DNA of 64,000 bases from an uncultured virus (IMG/VR IMGVR_UViG_2061766007_000148) (lineage: Duplodnaviria; Heunggongvirae; Uroviricota; Caudoviricetes), in IMG/VR virus record IMGVR_UViG_2061766007_000148. One strand, 5' to 3'. Positions 40,545 to 50,056 of the stretch are shown piece by piece. How positions within the stretch are numbered: position 1 is the stretch's first letter; every line of letters begins with the position of its first letter. The notes under the pieces were generated by a model that searched no databases, was not told the DNA's origin, and saw only the letters and a list, made by a program, of their open reading frames with translations. The translations under genes were made by a program, and so were the position numbers.

Positions 40545-41006
40545 ATGGGTAAAAAAATATCTTATGATGATATGAGATTTGCGCCAATCTCTAAGAAAAC
40601 AAAAGTGTATATAACTACTTCACCGACTTTAAAGAAAGACATCTCTTTAACACGTGGGGAACCTTTTGTGTATCATTCAAGAGTTGTTCCTGAATATCCC
40701 AGAAATCGATATAGGGATAATTTAGAAAACTATATTGAGTATTGCTATCATGGGTTGGGAATACCCACAAATCAAATAAAAAAACACAGATTCTATACCA
40801 CATCTGTACCGCTAAGTTCTTTTAAAAAGGCTGAGAAGAGAGCCGTCCGAAATGCAGAGGATCGTATTGATTATGCGAGACGGAATCACGAACCTATCCC
40901 GACAGGCATATTTGTTGAGGAAAGGGATCGGGAATTGGCAAAATTGGCTCGTCACACTCGCATTAAAAGAAAGAGCAATAAAGGGAGAACGTCGTTACGA
41001 CGTTAA
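40545..41006 (+). CDS. family F2 basic protein
   Basis: YITTSPTL, YTTSVP and LARHTRIKRKSNKGRTSLRR motifs. Confidence 0.8.
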   Translation: MGKKISYDDMRFAPISKKTKVYITTSPTLKKDISLTRGEPFVYHSRVVPEYPRNRYRDNLENYIEYCYHGLGIPTNQIKKHRFYTTSVPLSSFKKAEKRAVRNAEDRIDYARRNHEPIPTGIFVEERDRELAKLARHTRIKRKSNKGRTSLRR

Positions 41007-41032
41007 ATAGATAAAAAATAGGGGGAAAGAAA

Positions 41033-41362
41033 ATGACACCGGAATACATAAAATTGGTAAGACACGGCTCAGGGAAACGGCAAAAGAGATTTGCCGTTGT
41101 CGATTACGAGGGATTAGCCATTTACGGCATCGGATCTACCAGACAGGGCGCTCTCGAAGACGCAATAGGCTACATAGAATATTCCCGCATACCGTGGAAA
41201 GGTTCGCGTGATGCAAAGGATTATCCCGACCGTCCTGTAAGGGGCATAGGTATCTACATCCGCGAGGTTCCCGGACGGGTGGCAAAGTATGTCGAGACCG
41301 TCAACAACGGCAGAGATGCCGTGGAATACATGTTCATTCAAGACATGAAACGTAGGAAATAA
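41033..41362 (+). CDS. family F3 (HicB-N-like) protein
   Basis: IYGIGSTRQGALEDA motif. Confidence 0.65.
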   Translation: MTPEYIKLVRHGSGKRQKRFAVVDYEGLAIYGIGSTRQGALEDAIGYIEYSRIPWKGSRDAKDYPDRPVRGIGIYIREVPGRVAKYVETVNNGRDAVEYMFIQDMKRRK

Positions 41363-41388
41363 TCTAAATTTAAGGGGGGAATATTGAG

Positions 41389-41724
41389 ATGGTTACAAAG
41401 AAAACAAGTAAAAAACAATCGGATTCTCTTACGAACAGAGAAAAAATTGGAAAGGCATGGCGGGCAAGTGACGGCAGTATCAGGTACTACGTCAACGACT
41501 GGAAGGACATGATCGGACTGAGGGTCAGTTACTACAATACAGGCAACGTCAGCAGTGTCAGTTTCCAGAATTATCCGATGAGCAATTCCCACTACAACAA
41601 ATACATTTCCGGCACCAAAGTCTGGATTGACGAGAACGACGGGATCCATGTAGATTATTGTAGAGACGATGAGATTAAGTCCGCCATTATCAAGGCGGTC
41701 AGCAAAGAACTCAAGAAAAAATAA
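41389..41724 (+). CDS. phage-type hypothetical protein
   Basis: RYYVN...GL.VSYYNTGNVSS...SNS...KVWID pattern; MVTKKTSKK leader. Confidence 0.75.
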   Translation: MVTKKTSKKQSDSLTNREKIGKAWRASDGSIRYYVNDWKDMIGLRVSYYNTGNVSSVSFQNYPMSNSHYNKYISGTKVWIDENDGIHVDYCRDDEIKSAIIKAVSKELKKK

Positions 41725-41737
41725 GGGGGAAAAGAAT

Positions 41738-42244
41738 ATGACAAAATATGTAGCAAGTATATATGCGGGATACACTTACCGTTTAAATAACAATGGTTTA
41801 GTAACCCGTATTTATTATCACCCACGGGCGGGAAAAACAAGTAATTTCCCGGACAAAGTATTGGAAATAGTTCCATGGTTTACTTATGATGGAATAAGTA
41901 CAAATATTGCTAAAAAAGCAATTGGAGAATACACACCCAAAGAAGTTGATCAACTCCTTTATAATGGGTATCTCTGTATGTTTGAAACAAAATGGGTAAA
42001 TGCAAATTCTTTAAAAATATCGCAAAAGAAAATGACTGTTCCTAAAAATAGGTTTTTGTCCAATTATTCAGATAGTTGGAAGAAATATTTACCTTATCGT
42101 AATGATGCGAGAGCTTGGATGCCTCAAGAATTAGAACTCAAGCAAGATTATAATCGATATCGAATAAATAATCCTGTTGAAACTCCTCAGAATAAAGCTA
42201 AGAGAGGGAAACGCTCGCAAAGACCTGCATTTTATGTGGAGTGA
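41738..42244 (+). CDS. family F1 protein
   Basis: YRLNNNGLV and IGEYTPKEV motifs. Confidence 0.75.
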   Translation: MTKYVASIYAGYTYRLNNNGLVTRIYYHPRAGKTSNFPDKVLEIVPWFTYDGISTNIAKKAIGEYTPKEVDQLLYNGYLCMFETKWVNANSLKISQKKMTVPKNRFLSNYSDSWKKYLPYRNDARAWMPQELELKQDYNRYRINNPVETPQNKAKRGKRSQRPAFYVE

Positions 42245-42335
42245 TTATAAGGAGATGTAATATGTCAGAACTTGATATTGATTAATTTAACAGAATATTT
42301 TGACAGACACTCAAACTATAAACGGAGAGATAAGG

Positions 42336-42845
42336 ATGGTTACAAAAAATAGATCTAAAAAACAGGCTAAATCAAACATATCATGTAAGACTCGTCAAGA
42401 GTGGTATGATTGGTATGATGAATTTGTTCCCGATTGGAGCAAAAAACCATATTATGAGGCGGTATATGCACGCGATCCCAAAACACGTAAGTGGGTACGT
42501 CTTGAGGAGTGGGATACTCATTCAATTGGAATATTTGAACCAAAAAGTACACAGTTGAAAGCACGCAAAATACCTCCGTATGATTCTTTGCCGGACTATG
42601 CCAAAGATTTTGTGGGTAGGGAATATCATATCTATTCCGAGAAAGATCGCCAAATGTTCAACAGGTCAATTGTAGCATTACCAATGACTCTTTCAAAAAA
42701 ATGGAATTATACTCAAGAAGTCTTAAAGAAAGCCCCAAAATTAAGATATTCGCGCGACGTGATCTATTCAGAGACATTATTAGATCACTTAATGAGGGAA
42801 AGGGAACGGCGCAACCGCTCAAAACATCCTTTACTGAGGAGATAA
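42336..42845 (+). CDS. F2-like basic protein
   Basis: MVTKNRSKK leader; EKDRQMFNRSIVALP resembles ERQAHNRSIRVVP of 37089/44066; Arg-rich tail. Confidence 0.75.
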   Translation: MVTKNRSKKQAKSNISCKTRQEWYDWYDEFVPDWSKKPYYEAVYARDPKTRKWVRLEEWDTHSIGIFEPKSTQLKARKIPPYDSLPDYAKDFVGREYHIYSEKDRQMFNRSIVALPMTLSKKWNYTQEVLKKAPKLRYSRDVIYSETLLDHLMRERERRNRSKHPLLRR

Positions 42846-42875
42846 TTATAAAATCAATTATTAAAGGGGGAAAAA

Positions 42876-43349
42876 ATGGTAAAAATTATTGACGGTATCA
42901 ACGGTTACAAATATCATTTAGATAGTAAAGGGAAAGTGGTCAAATTAACTAATCAGGAACAATTCTTTTATGGAATGAAATATCGTCCTGTTAATTACAT
43001 CCCTTGTGAATACACCCGTTACGGGCTTGAAGATGTCAGCGGGAAATATACGCCCAAACAATTAACAGAACGAATGTATGCAAGGAAAGTTGTGCCGTAT
43101 CATCCATATGGTAGATTAGGTTTTGGTCGCGTTGATGATCATGCCGCAGAAGGTTTGGGATTTGATTATTTTGATTACATTCTGGATAAAAAAGGAAATG
43201 TAGTCTCAGTAATTGATGATTCGGGTGTTAAAAAATATCCTTATCAAAAAACAAACAACTCTCCGCATGGTGGTGTAAATGTTTCCGGCAAGTATTATCC
43301 TTCGGCGCTCATGAACAGATATTATAGGCGGGAAATTTATTTTAAATAA
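42876..43349 (+). CDS. tandem two-domain family F1 protein
   Basis: two repeats: YHLDSKGKV..VSGKYTPKQL and YILDKKGNV..VSGKYYPSAL. Confidence 0.8.
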   Translation: MVKIIDGINGYKYHLDSKGKVVKLTNQEQFFYGMKYRPVNYIPCEYTRYGLEDVSGKYTPKQLTERMYARKVVPYHPYGRLGFGRVDDHAAEGLGFDYFDYILDKKGNVVSVIDDSGVKKYPYQKTNNSPHGGVNVSGKYYPSALMNRYYRREIYFK

Positions 43350-43376
43350 TTTTAAGTGATTTATGAGGTAAAAGCA

Positions 43377-44407
43377 ATGTTCAAATCACCGCAAAGTTAC
43401 ATAGTAATTGCCAAGAGACTTCATCCCGAACGTCGNNNNNNNNNNAAGGGGGAATAAGAAATGGTAAAAATTTTTGACGGTATCAACGGTTACAAATATC
43501 ATTTAGATAGTAAAGGGAAAGTGNNNNNNNNNNNNNNNNNNNNNNNNNNNNNNNNNNNNNNNNNNNNNNNNNNNNNNNNNNNNNNNNNNNNNNNNNNNNN
43601 NNNNNNNNNNNNNNNNNNNNNNNNNNNNNNNNNNNNNNNNNNNNNNNNNNNNNNNNNNNNNNNNNNNNNNNNNNNNNNNNNNNNNNNNNNNNNNNNNNNN
43701 NNNNNNNNNNNNNNNNNNNNNNNNNNNNNNNNNNNNNNNNNNNNNNNNNNNNNNNNNNNNNNNNNNNNNNNNNNNNNNNNNNNNNNNNNNNNNNNNNNNN
43801 NNNNNNNNNNNNNNNNNNNNNNNNNNNNNNNNNNNNNNNNNNNNNNNNNNNNNNNNNNNNNNNNNNNNNNNNNNNNNNNNNNNNNNNNNNNNNNNNNNNN
43901 NNNNNNNNNNNNNNNNNNNNNNNNNNNNNNNNNNNNNNNNNNNNNNNNNNNNNNNNNNNNNNNNNNNNNNNNNNNNNNNNNNNNNNNNNNNNNNNNNNNN
44001 NNNNCGGTGTTGGCAATCAATATCTCCTCGATTGGGGATATTCATACGACGATGCCTACAAAAAAATGTATATTGCACCCGATGAAGGTATCTACGGCAG
44101 GTATTCCATCCGCAACGAACGTGAACGTCAGGCACACAATCGGTCAATCCGTGTGGTGCCGACGGATAATGCGGAGATGAAACACATCACGGAAAAGGTT
44201 GACCGTGAAATTCCGTATGCGGCACCCGATCAACGTCGTGACCGGATACGCGAGGAGATAATTAAAACCGCGTTGCGCAAATCTCCGGCAAACAGATACG
44301 CAAAACGCAAAGAAAAGACAAAATCTCCGATGCCTAAAGTTCAGGACTATGGCGAAGGATATGTTTACAAAGCACCTTGGCAGGAAATTCTGAAACACAT
44401 CTGGTAA
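43377..44407 (+). CDS. basic protein MFKSPQSY...KAPWQEILKHIW, broken by gaps with a duplicate 42876 start inserted
   Basis: N-terminus at 43377 and C-terminus at 44005-44407; near-identical to 37089-37517 on the other strand; the two ends may belong to different copies. Confidence 0.55.
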
Positions 44408-44439
44408 CAATTCTTTTTTTTGAGAAAAAAAGTAAAAAT

Positions 44440-44787
44440 TTAATTATTTTCCGTTTTTATATTCAATTTGTGTTCTTCGTAGAATGCTTTCCACTTTTTT
44501 ACCTTCGCATTATAATCTAAAGATTTTATCACATCGAAGATAAATAATGCAAGTATTACAATCCACATTCCATACAGATACGTCATTGTATTCTCGCCGA
44601 GAATAGTCTTTGAAACTTCCAAAGTCTGCGGCATATGGACAAATATGTTGATAATTACTATTGAACCGACTATCAGGAACAGCATCATAAACCATGCGCC
44701 CATGAAAAATGGGTTTCCAATCGTCGGTCTGTTGAATTCGGTTATGAAATTTTTCCAGTGTGTTGATAATTTTTCTTTAAATGACAT
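44440..44787 (-). CDS. 2-TM membrane protein F5
   Basis: MSFKEKLS start; VKKWKAFYEEH tail. Confidence 0.75.
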   Translation of the reverse strand: MSFKEKLSTHWKNFITEFNRPTIGNPFFMGAWFMMLFLIVGSIVIINIFVHMPQTLEVSKTILGENTMTYLYGMWIVILALFIFDVIKSLDYNAKVKKWKAFYEEHKLNIKTENN

Positions 44788-44817
44788 GTTAATCATCCTG
44801 AATCCTGTTTGATTGAT

Positions 44818-45147
44818 TCAATCGGCAATCTCCTTATTGTGTTCTTTATAATATGCTTTCCACTCCTTGACAGCCGCGACAAATTCCTTTGTTTTTCGGC
44901 GATTGTATATGATCTCCGCGGCACAAATCAAAACGATTCCGAATAAGATAGTATACAGAATGTTTATGTCATCCGTAAGGATTACGGCATTGGGAATATC
45001 CGGGAAATTGAGCATAATTATCCACAGAGTAGTCCAATATAGCATCATAGAACACATCCCCGTATGTACAACATCGTGAAGGCACGATACAGTCAGTTTG
45101 CGATGCACTTTCCGGAAAAAATTTGTGGTGGTTTGTGTAGTTGTCAT
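44818..45147 (-). CDS. 2-TM membrane protein F5
   Basis: VKEWKAYYKEH tail. Confidence 0.75.
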   Translation of the reverse strand: MTTTQTTTNFFRKVHRKLTVSCLHDVVHTGMCSMMLYWTTLWIIMLNFPDIPNAVILTDDINILYTILFGIVLICAAEIIYNRRKTKEFVAAVKEWKAYYKEHNKEIAD

Positions 45148-45171
45148 TATTTAATCTCCAAATTTAATTTT

Positions 45172-45543
45172 TTAGTTTTTTATTGCCTCGATTACCGATT
45201 TCGGCAGAATATGAGTTATCTCATCTTTAAGAATCGGACTTCCGAAACCTAATCGACGGTTTTTGGGCGGGTTATACATATAGTATATTGCGGATTCCGG
45301 GGTTAGCCTGCCGATGGAGTCTTTGTAACTGAAATTACCTTCACCAAAATACCCCAAAGAATTACCGTAATATCCGATTCTGGAATATGTTTTCCTTTTC
45401 GGATTATACACACAAACAACTTTGTTGTTGCGGGTGATGAAAGTGATCGGATAATCGGTATATGGTGTACGTATTCCGCGGATTATCTCATATCTCCCTT
45501 TATCGGGAGTTCTTTTTGATTGTTTTGCAAAACCTAATAACAT
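45172..45543 (-). CDS. family F1 protein
   Basis: ITRNNKVV and IGRLTPESA motifs; AAGGGGGA RBS. Confidence 0.8.
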   Translation of the reverse strand: MLLGFAKQSKRTPDKGRYEIIRGIRTPYTDYPITFITRNNKVVCVYNPKRKTYSRIGYYGNSLGYFGEGNFSYKDSIGRLTPESAIYYMYNPPKNRRLGFGSPILKDEITHILPKSVIEAIKN

Positions 45544-45583
45544 AATTTCCCCCTTTTAAGATTACAAATATAATTTTTCAATA

Positions 45584-45609
45584 AAGGAATATATAAAAAT
45601 ACATTACAA
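45584..45609 (-). promoter_or_regulatory. conserved virus promoter
   Basis: TTGTAATGTATTTTTATATATTCCTT on the minus strand. Confidence 0.85.
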
Positions 45610-45658
45610 ATTTTGTTTTTTATCCGTATTTTTTAAAACAGTACAAAATCCACGAGAT

Positions 45659-45684
45659 TTGTAATGTATTATTATATATTGTGT
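45659..45684 (+). promoter_or_regulatory. conserved virus promoter
   Basis: TTGTAATGTATTATTATATATTGTGT. Confidence 0.8.
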
Positions 45685-45785
45685 CTTACAAAATCTGATT
45701 CAGTAATTATATCCGTCGGGGATATCGCGATGTATGAATTCCCGACAGAGATTTACGTAAATCAATCCGAAAAGGGGGATTAAAA

Positions 45786-46178
45786 ATGCCATGTAGCACA
45801 AAGAAAACAACAAAATCACGCACAGTGAAAAGCAAAACACCCACAAATGCAATGTCCGGTAGAAAATACTATGGTTTAATCTATGATAATATGGTTTTCG
45901 GGATTGGTTCAAGCCCGCAGTCCGCTGTGAATGATGCGCATAGACAGTGGGGAGATCATTTTAACGGATCATATAATGCAAATGATTATCCGAGAGGATA
46001 TGTCAGGAATTCTTTTTACATAAGTGCTATACCTGCGGATCTGTATTTTGATGTAAAAAATACCAATGGTGCTGATATCGACAGGTTTTGGAAATTAACT
46101 AACGGGAATTTCACCAAGAAACCCGGACGAAATACAACAATAAATGAATTACGCAGAATGGGATATTATAGGCGGTAA
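45786..46178 (+). CDS. family F3 (HicB-N-like) protein
   Basis: VFGIGSSPQSAVNDA motif; basic leader. Confidence 0.65.
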   Translation: MPCSTKKTTKSRTVKSKTPTNAMSGRKYYGLIYDNMVFGIGSSPQSAVNDAHRQWGDHFNGSYNANDYPRGYVRNSFYISAIPADLYFDVKNTNGADIDRFWKLTNGNFTKKPGRNTTINELRRMGYYRR

Positions 46179-46193
46179 AAAGGGGGTTTAAAA

Positions 46194-46778
46194 ATGCCAA
46201 CTGTAAAATCTAAGAAAAAATCCGTAAAAAGGAAGCCATATGGCGGGATTGCCTTTATTCCATCAATAAAGACACATAGACCGTATTATCCTGATCAATA
46301 TTCTGAGAAATATGAGGAATATTTTGAGGATCTTGACCCATACTACCCGATAGTTTTCCATAATACTTCAATAATGCCGGGAAAGACACAAGCGGATGAA
46401 CGTAAATCTATATCTCGCACAATTCGGCGGGTAGCATCAAAGCATCCCGAAAGGGATTATTTTGGACGGGATAATAAATCTATAATTAGTCCAAAAGAAA
46501 TCTCAAAACAGAGAGTTCACATTGTACCCATGTCTGAAAAAACAAGATTTCGGGCTTGGATGAAGGCTCATGCTAAAGCAGGCAAACTCACGAGAGATAT
46601 TAAAAATAGACTTATTAATTCTGAGGAATTGGTACCTATCACTCGTTCTCTTGACAGAGTGGAATCGAGATATGGGGAATCAATCGTTTATAAAGAGTTG
46701 GAACGTTCTGCCATACACACCCGTGCAAGGAAAAGAAAAGAACATGGATCTTTGAGACATTATATTCCGAGACGTTAA
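46194..46778 (+). CDS. family F2 basic protein
   Basis: IAFIPSI, HIVPMS and HTRARKRK motifs. Confidence 0.8.
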   Translation: MPTVKSKKKSVKRKPYGGIAFIPSIKTHRPYYPDQYSEKYEEYFEDLDPYYPIVFHNTSIMPGKTQADERKSISRTIRRVASKHPERDYFGRDNKSIISPKEISKQRVHIVPMSEKTRFRAWMKAHAKAGKLTRDIKNRLINSEELVPITRSLDRVESRYGESIVYKELERSAIHTRARKRKEHGSLRHYIPRR

Positions 46779-46798
46779 TTTAAATTGAGGTATCAAAA

Positions 46799-47263
46799 AT
46801 GCCTGAAAAAACTAAGAAAAAAGCAATACCGCGTTCATCAAGAGTAAAGGCAGTCCGTGTACCTATACGAACAAAAGCACGGTTATTTGTTGCATACACC
46901 AATTATGGTTATTACCCAAATCGGAACAGAGAATCGGACATATATAAGGTTCCTGTATCTATTGATATTATTCCGGGGTATGATATTCCTGAAAAATACC
47001 AAAAAGCGCAAAAAGCGCAGTATCAGTTAATAAATGCGCATTATCCTATGTTTTCAGAAAAAAAGGCTCCAAGAATATTTGGTTATACAGGTATCCCGAA
47101 GAATAAACTGGAAAGGGTTTTAGTAAAACATGAAAACATTGAGAAAAATCTCAATAAATCAAATCCAAATTATGATAGATCGAGTGTTAATGCCAATTAT
47201 GAAATCGGCAGATATGCACGTCACAAAAGAGTAACTAAGGGTAAAAAATCTTACCGGTCATAA
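46799..47263 (+). CDS. family F2-like basic protein
   Basis: FVAYTNY motif; YARHKRVTKGKKSYRS tail. Confidence 0.75.
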   Translation: MPEKTKKKAIPRSSRVKAVRVPIRTKARLFVAYTNYGYYPNRNRESDIYKVPVSIDIIPGYDIPEKYQKAQKAQYQLINAHYPMFSEKKAPRIFGYTGIPKNKLERVLVKHENIEKNLNKSNPNYDRSSVNANYEIGRYARHKRVTKGKKSYRS

Positions 47264-47289
47264 TTAAATCAAAAAAAGGGGGAAAATCA

Positions 47290-47724
47290 ATGACAACAAC
47301 AAGAAAAACTACAAAAAAGAACAGTAATCAGGTTTACAATCATCCGGTTTACAAAGATGGATATTATGAGATAATTACGGATGTTCCATCACTGGATATC
47401 CTGCCTGTCATATCTGAAAATGGTATTGTCAGTCTTATTACATATAAAGGGAAAGTCATCAATGTTGCAGGTCGCACTTCGGGAAGAAATGTTCCGTGGG
47501 TTGCTTTTTTAGAGTATGTTCAATACAGTCCAAAATATGGTGTATATTCCGAACCCGCAACAGGCAGATTCAGTCCGAAAACCGTAATTAAATTATTAAA
47601 CACACCTCGTAATCAGTATCCGCATTTAAAGATTCATTCCGCTCCTGATATTTACGATGCATTACCTGCATCCGTAATGATGAGGTTAGGTTTCAGGAGA
47701 GAGATGTGGTCTCGCAAGAGATAA
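47290..47724 (+). CDS. family F1 protein
   Basis: ITYKGKVI and ATGRFSPKTVIKLL motifs. Confidence 0.8.
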   Translation: MTTTRKTTKKNSNQVYNHPVYKDGYYEIITDVPSLDILPVISENGIVSLITYKGKVINVAGRTSGRNVPWVAFLEYVQYSPKYGVYSEPATGRFSPKTVIKLLNTPRNQYPHLKIHSAPDIYDALPASVMMRLGFRREMWSRKR

Positions 47725-47748
47725 TATGTAAAAAAAAGGAGTTAAAAA

Positions 47749-48075
47749 ATGCCACACATATTTGAGAGTAAATATTACGGGCGCGTTCTTGCCGGTGGAG
47801 ACATCATACCATCACCCGGATTTGCGTATGTAATTAATAAAAATAATAAAATTGTCTTGGGATTGGATTTCATGGCAAGAAAACCATACAATTATGCCGA
47901 ATATATCCCTTTAAGAAGAAATCGCCGCAAAGAATGGGTAAATTGTTCCGGGGAATATACATGGGGGGAGTTCAAAAGAAAATTGTTAGACGAGGGTATT
48001 AGGTTCAAACTCAAAGGTACAAAAAGTAAAAGTATTTTGATAAATGATGAGGCTTACTTCGTTGATAAGTATTAA
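47749..48075 (+). CDS. family F1 protein
   Basis: YVINKNNKIV and CSGEYTW motifs. Confidence 0.8.
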   Translation: MPHIFESKYYGRVLAGGDIIPSPGFAYVINKNNKIVLGLDFMARKPYNYAEYIPLRRNRRKEWVNCSGEYTWGEFKRKLLDEGIRFKLKGTKSKSILINDEAYFVDKY

Positions 48076-48114
48076 TCATAAATCAAAATTTGTTCAAAAA
48101 TAGGGGAAAATACA

Positions 48115-49062
48115 ATGGCATCGTTACACAAAGAAAAACAGAAACAATGGCGAAAAGAGCGTAGGGAGAGGATGATTAAGAATCTTATCTCCGATATCAA
48201 ATCAATCCCTACAAGCATCGACATCGCAGTTTCAAACACAAAACGTGCAATTCGCCGAAAGCGTATCGAACACAGATTAAATCAGCTTGAACGTCAGCGT
48301 GCCGAAAATGACAAAATCAGGGCACGTGTGGATGAAGAATATTTCTACGAACCTGAAGAAGATGACGTGGAAGAATTCGAGGAGTCCGATTATGAGGACT
48401 ACAAACCGCGTCCGAGAGCTGAACACAGAGGAAGCGGTGCGGCATCACGCGGCAGGACTCCGTATCCGTCATCGGGTTACACAACGGCGCCGAGGGGGAG
48501 ATCATCTTCGGGACACTCGAAGAGCCGTCCGGCATCTTACGGAGGGGGAAAGCGATCAGGCGGTGCCGAGTCCGGCAGAGCTTACTATCGCGACGATGAC
48601 GGGAGACACAAACCGCGGTATCCCAAAACCGAAAGCCGCGGGGGAATCTACCCGGCATCAAGACCTATGAGAGCGGCGCCGAGACCTCAACCGAGACCGC
48701 AACCAAGACCTCAACCGCAACAGCCGTCCAAGAAATGGGAGTATGCGAAAAAAGCCGCGGCAGTAACCGGTCAAATCCTCAAAAACGTTGCAACAAATCT
48801 CACTACGGACATGTACCCGCAGTCGGGATCTCGGTCAGGCGGAGGCAGATCACCGTATCCGCCATCGGGAGGAAGCACACTTCAGTTCTGGGATAACGGT
48901 GCTCCGCCGTGGGCACAGCCGACCCGCGCTCCAAAACCGCGGGGCAGGAAAAGACAGCGCTCAGAACCTGACTTCGGATATCCTGAATTCGGATATCCTG
49001 AATTCGGATACCCGGACTTTTCGGGTTTCGGAGACGGAGATTCAGGGTTTGGCAGATGGTGA
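48115..49062 (+). CDS. low-complexity R/G/S/P-rich disordered protein
   Basis: coiled N-terminus, RGS-rich core, PQPR and FGYPE repeats, LQFWDNG.PPW motif. Confidence 0.75.
   Translation: MASLHKEKQKQWRKERRERMIKNLISDIKSIPTSIDIAVSNTKRAIRRKRIEHRLNQLERQRAENDKIRARVDEEYFYEPEEDDVEEFEESDYEDYKPRPRAEHRGSGAASRGRTPYPSSGYTTAPRGRSSSGHSKSRPASYGGGKRSGGAESGRAYYRDDDGRHKPRYPKTESRGGIYPASRPMRAAPRPQPRPQPRPQPQQPSKKWEYAKKAAAVTGQILKNVATNLTTDMYPQSGSRSGGGRSPYPPSGGSTLQFWDNGAPPWAQPTRAPKPRGRKRQRSEPDFGYPEFGYPEFGYPDFSGFGDGDSGFGRW
48964..49030 (+). repeat. 15-bp coding tandem repeat (FGYPE)
   Basis: TTCGGATATCCTGAA-type unit x3. Confidence 0.8.
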
Positions 49063-49101
49063 ACAAAAAAATATTAATTTTTAATTAAGGGGGAAAAGAA
49101 A

Positions 49102-49554
49102 ATGGCAACAAGTAAATCTATAAAAAAATCTTCAAGAAAACCAAGGGCGCAAATTGCGTATTCGCCACATTTAGAATATAGAGTTCGTGGTATGTCGGAT
49201 ACATATGAATACGTCCCATATATGTATGCTCAGCCTATGTCAATTGACTCACCCAAAAAAATTCGTAATGTGGCATATGAGTATGCAAAAGGTCATTTAA
49301 ATGATACAGTTAAGGGAAAGAGACTTCCAAAACGAATGCATGTGGTATCTGTACCGACGAATGTATATTTCAGGGTGTCACAAAAAAACAGACCAAAAAT
49401 AAAAGCAGATGCAGAGCCTTTGATATATTCGGATGATGATTTGTCAACTTTTAATGATAAATTAATGGGTATAATACAAAAACATTGGACTCAAGAAATG
49501 CGAAAAACAATCCATCATAAGCGTATGAGAGGAAGTCGTTCATCAAGATTATAA
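49102..49554 (+). CDS. family F2 basic protein
   Basis: IAYSPHL, HVVSVP and HHKRMRGSRSSRL motifs. Confidence 0.8.
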   Translation: MATSKSIKKSSRKPRAQIAYSPHLEYRVRGMSDTYEYVPYMYAQPMSIDSPKKIRNVAYEYAKGHLNDTVKGKRLPKRMHVVSVPTNVYFRVSQKNRPKIKADAEPLIYSDDDLSTFNDKLMGIIQKHWTQEMRKTIHHKRMRGSRSSRL

Positions 49555-49571
49555 TCTATGGGGGAATAACA

Positions 49572-50054
49572 ATGGCAAAGAAATCGTCCAAAAAGGAGAT
49601 TGTAAAGAAGATTGCATTATTCGGGGGACAACTTCTGCGAAATGTTGCATCGAATATGTCAAATTCTCAAGGCGGAGGTTCACTGCAATTCTGGGACAAC
49701 GGAATGCCGCCATGGGAGATGTCGCAACCTAAACCGAAACGCAAAACAAGGTCATCTTTATCATCCTCTTCATCATCGACATCAAGGAGCAGATCCAAAT
49801 CAACGTCGAAGAAGAGCGCACCGAGAGATAATGTCATAAGCGGATATGTCCTTGAGATTGCCCCGGACGGCACGGTAAGTTCAGCTTACAAGAACGGCAG
49901 GTATTACATACCTTACGCTCTTTTCAGATACACTGACGGAGAGTATTGGGAACCGTGTGTTGCAGAATACACTCCCGACGAAATCAGAGAATTCATCCGG
50001 CAGAAAGCGTTCAGATGGGTAGATGAAGAAAAATACAAAGGAAGGAGGAGATAA
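49572..50054 (+). CDS. chimeric protein: LQFWDNG motif plus F1 domain
   Basis: N-half resembles the 48115 C-terminus; C-half has CVAEYTPDEI. Confidence 0.75.
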   Translation: MAKKSSKKEIVKKIALFGGQLLRNVASNMSNSQGGGSLQFWDNGMPPWEMSQPKPKRKTRSSLSSSSSSTSRSRSKSTSKKSAPRDNVISGYVLEIAPDGTVSSAYKNGRYYIPYALFRYTDGEYWEPCVAEYTPDEIREFIRQKAFRWVDEEKYKGRRR

Positions 50055-50056
50055 TT

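Noticed and set aside
43461..44180. Long ORFs across the N run
   Set aside because: They are open only because of unknown bases.
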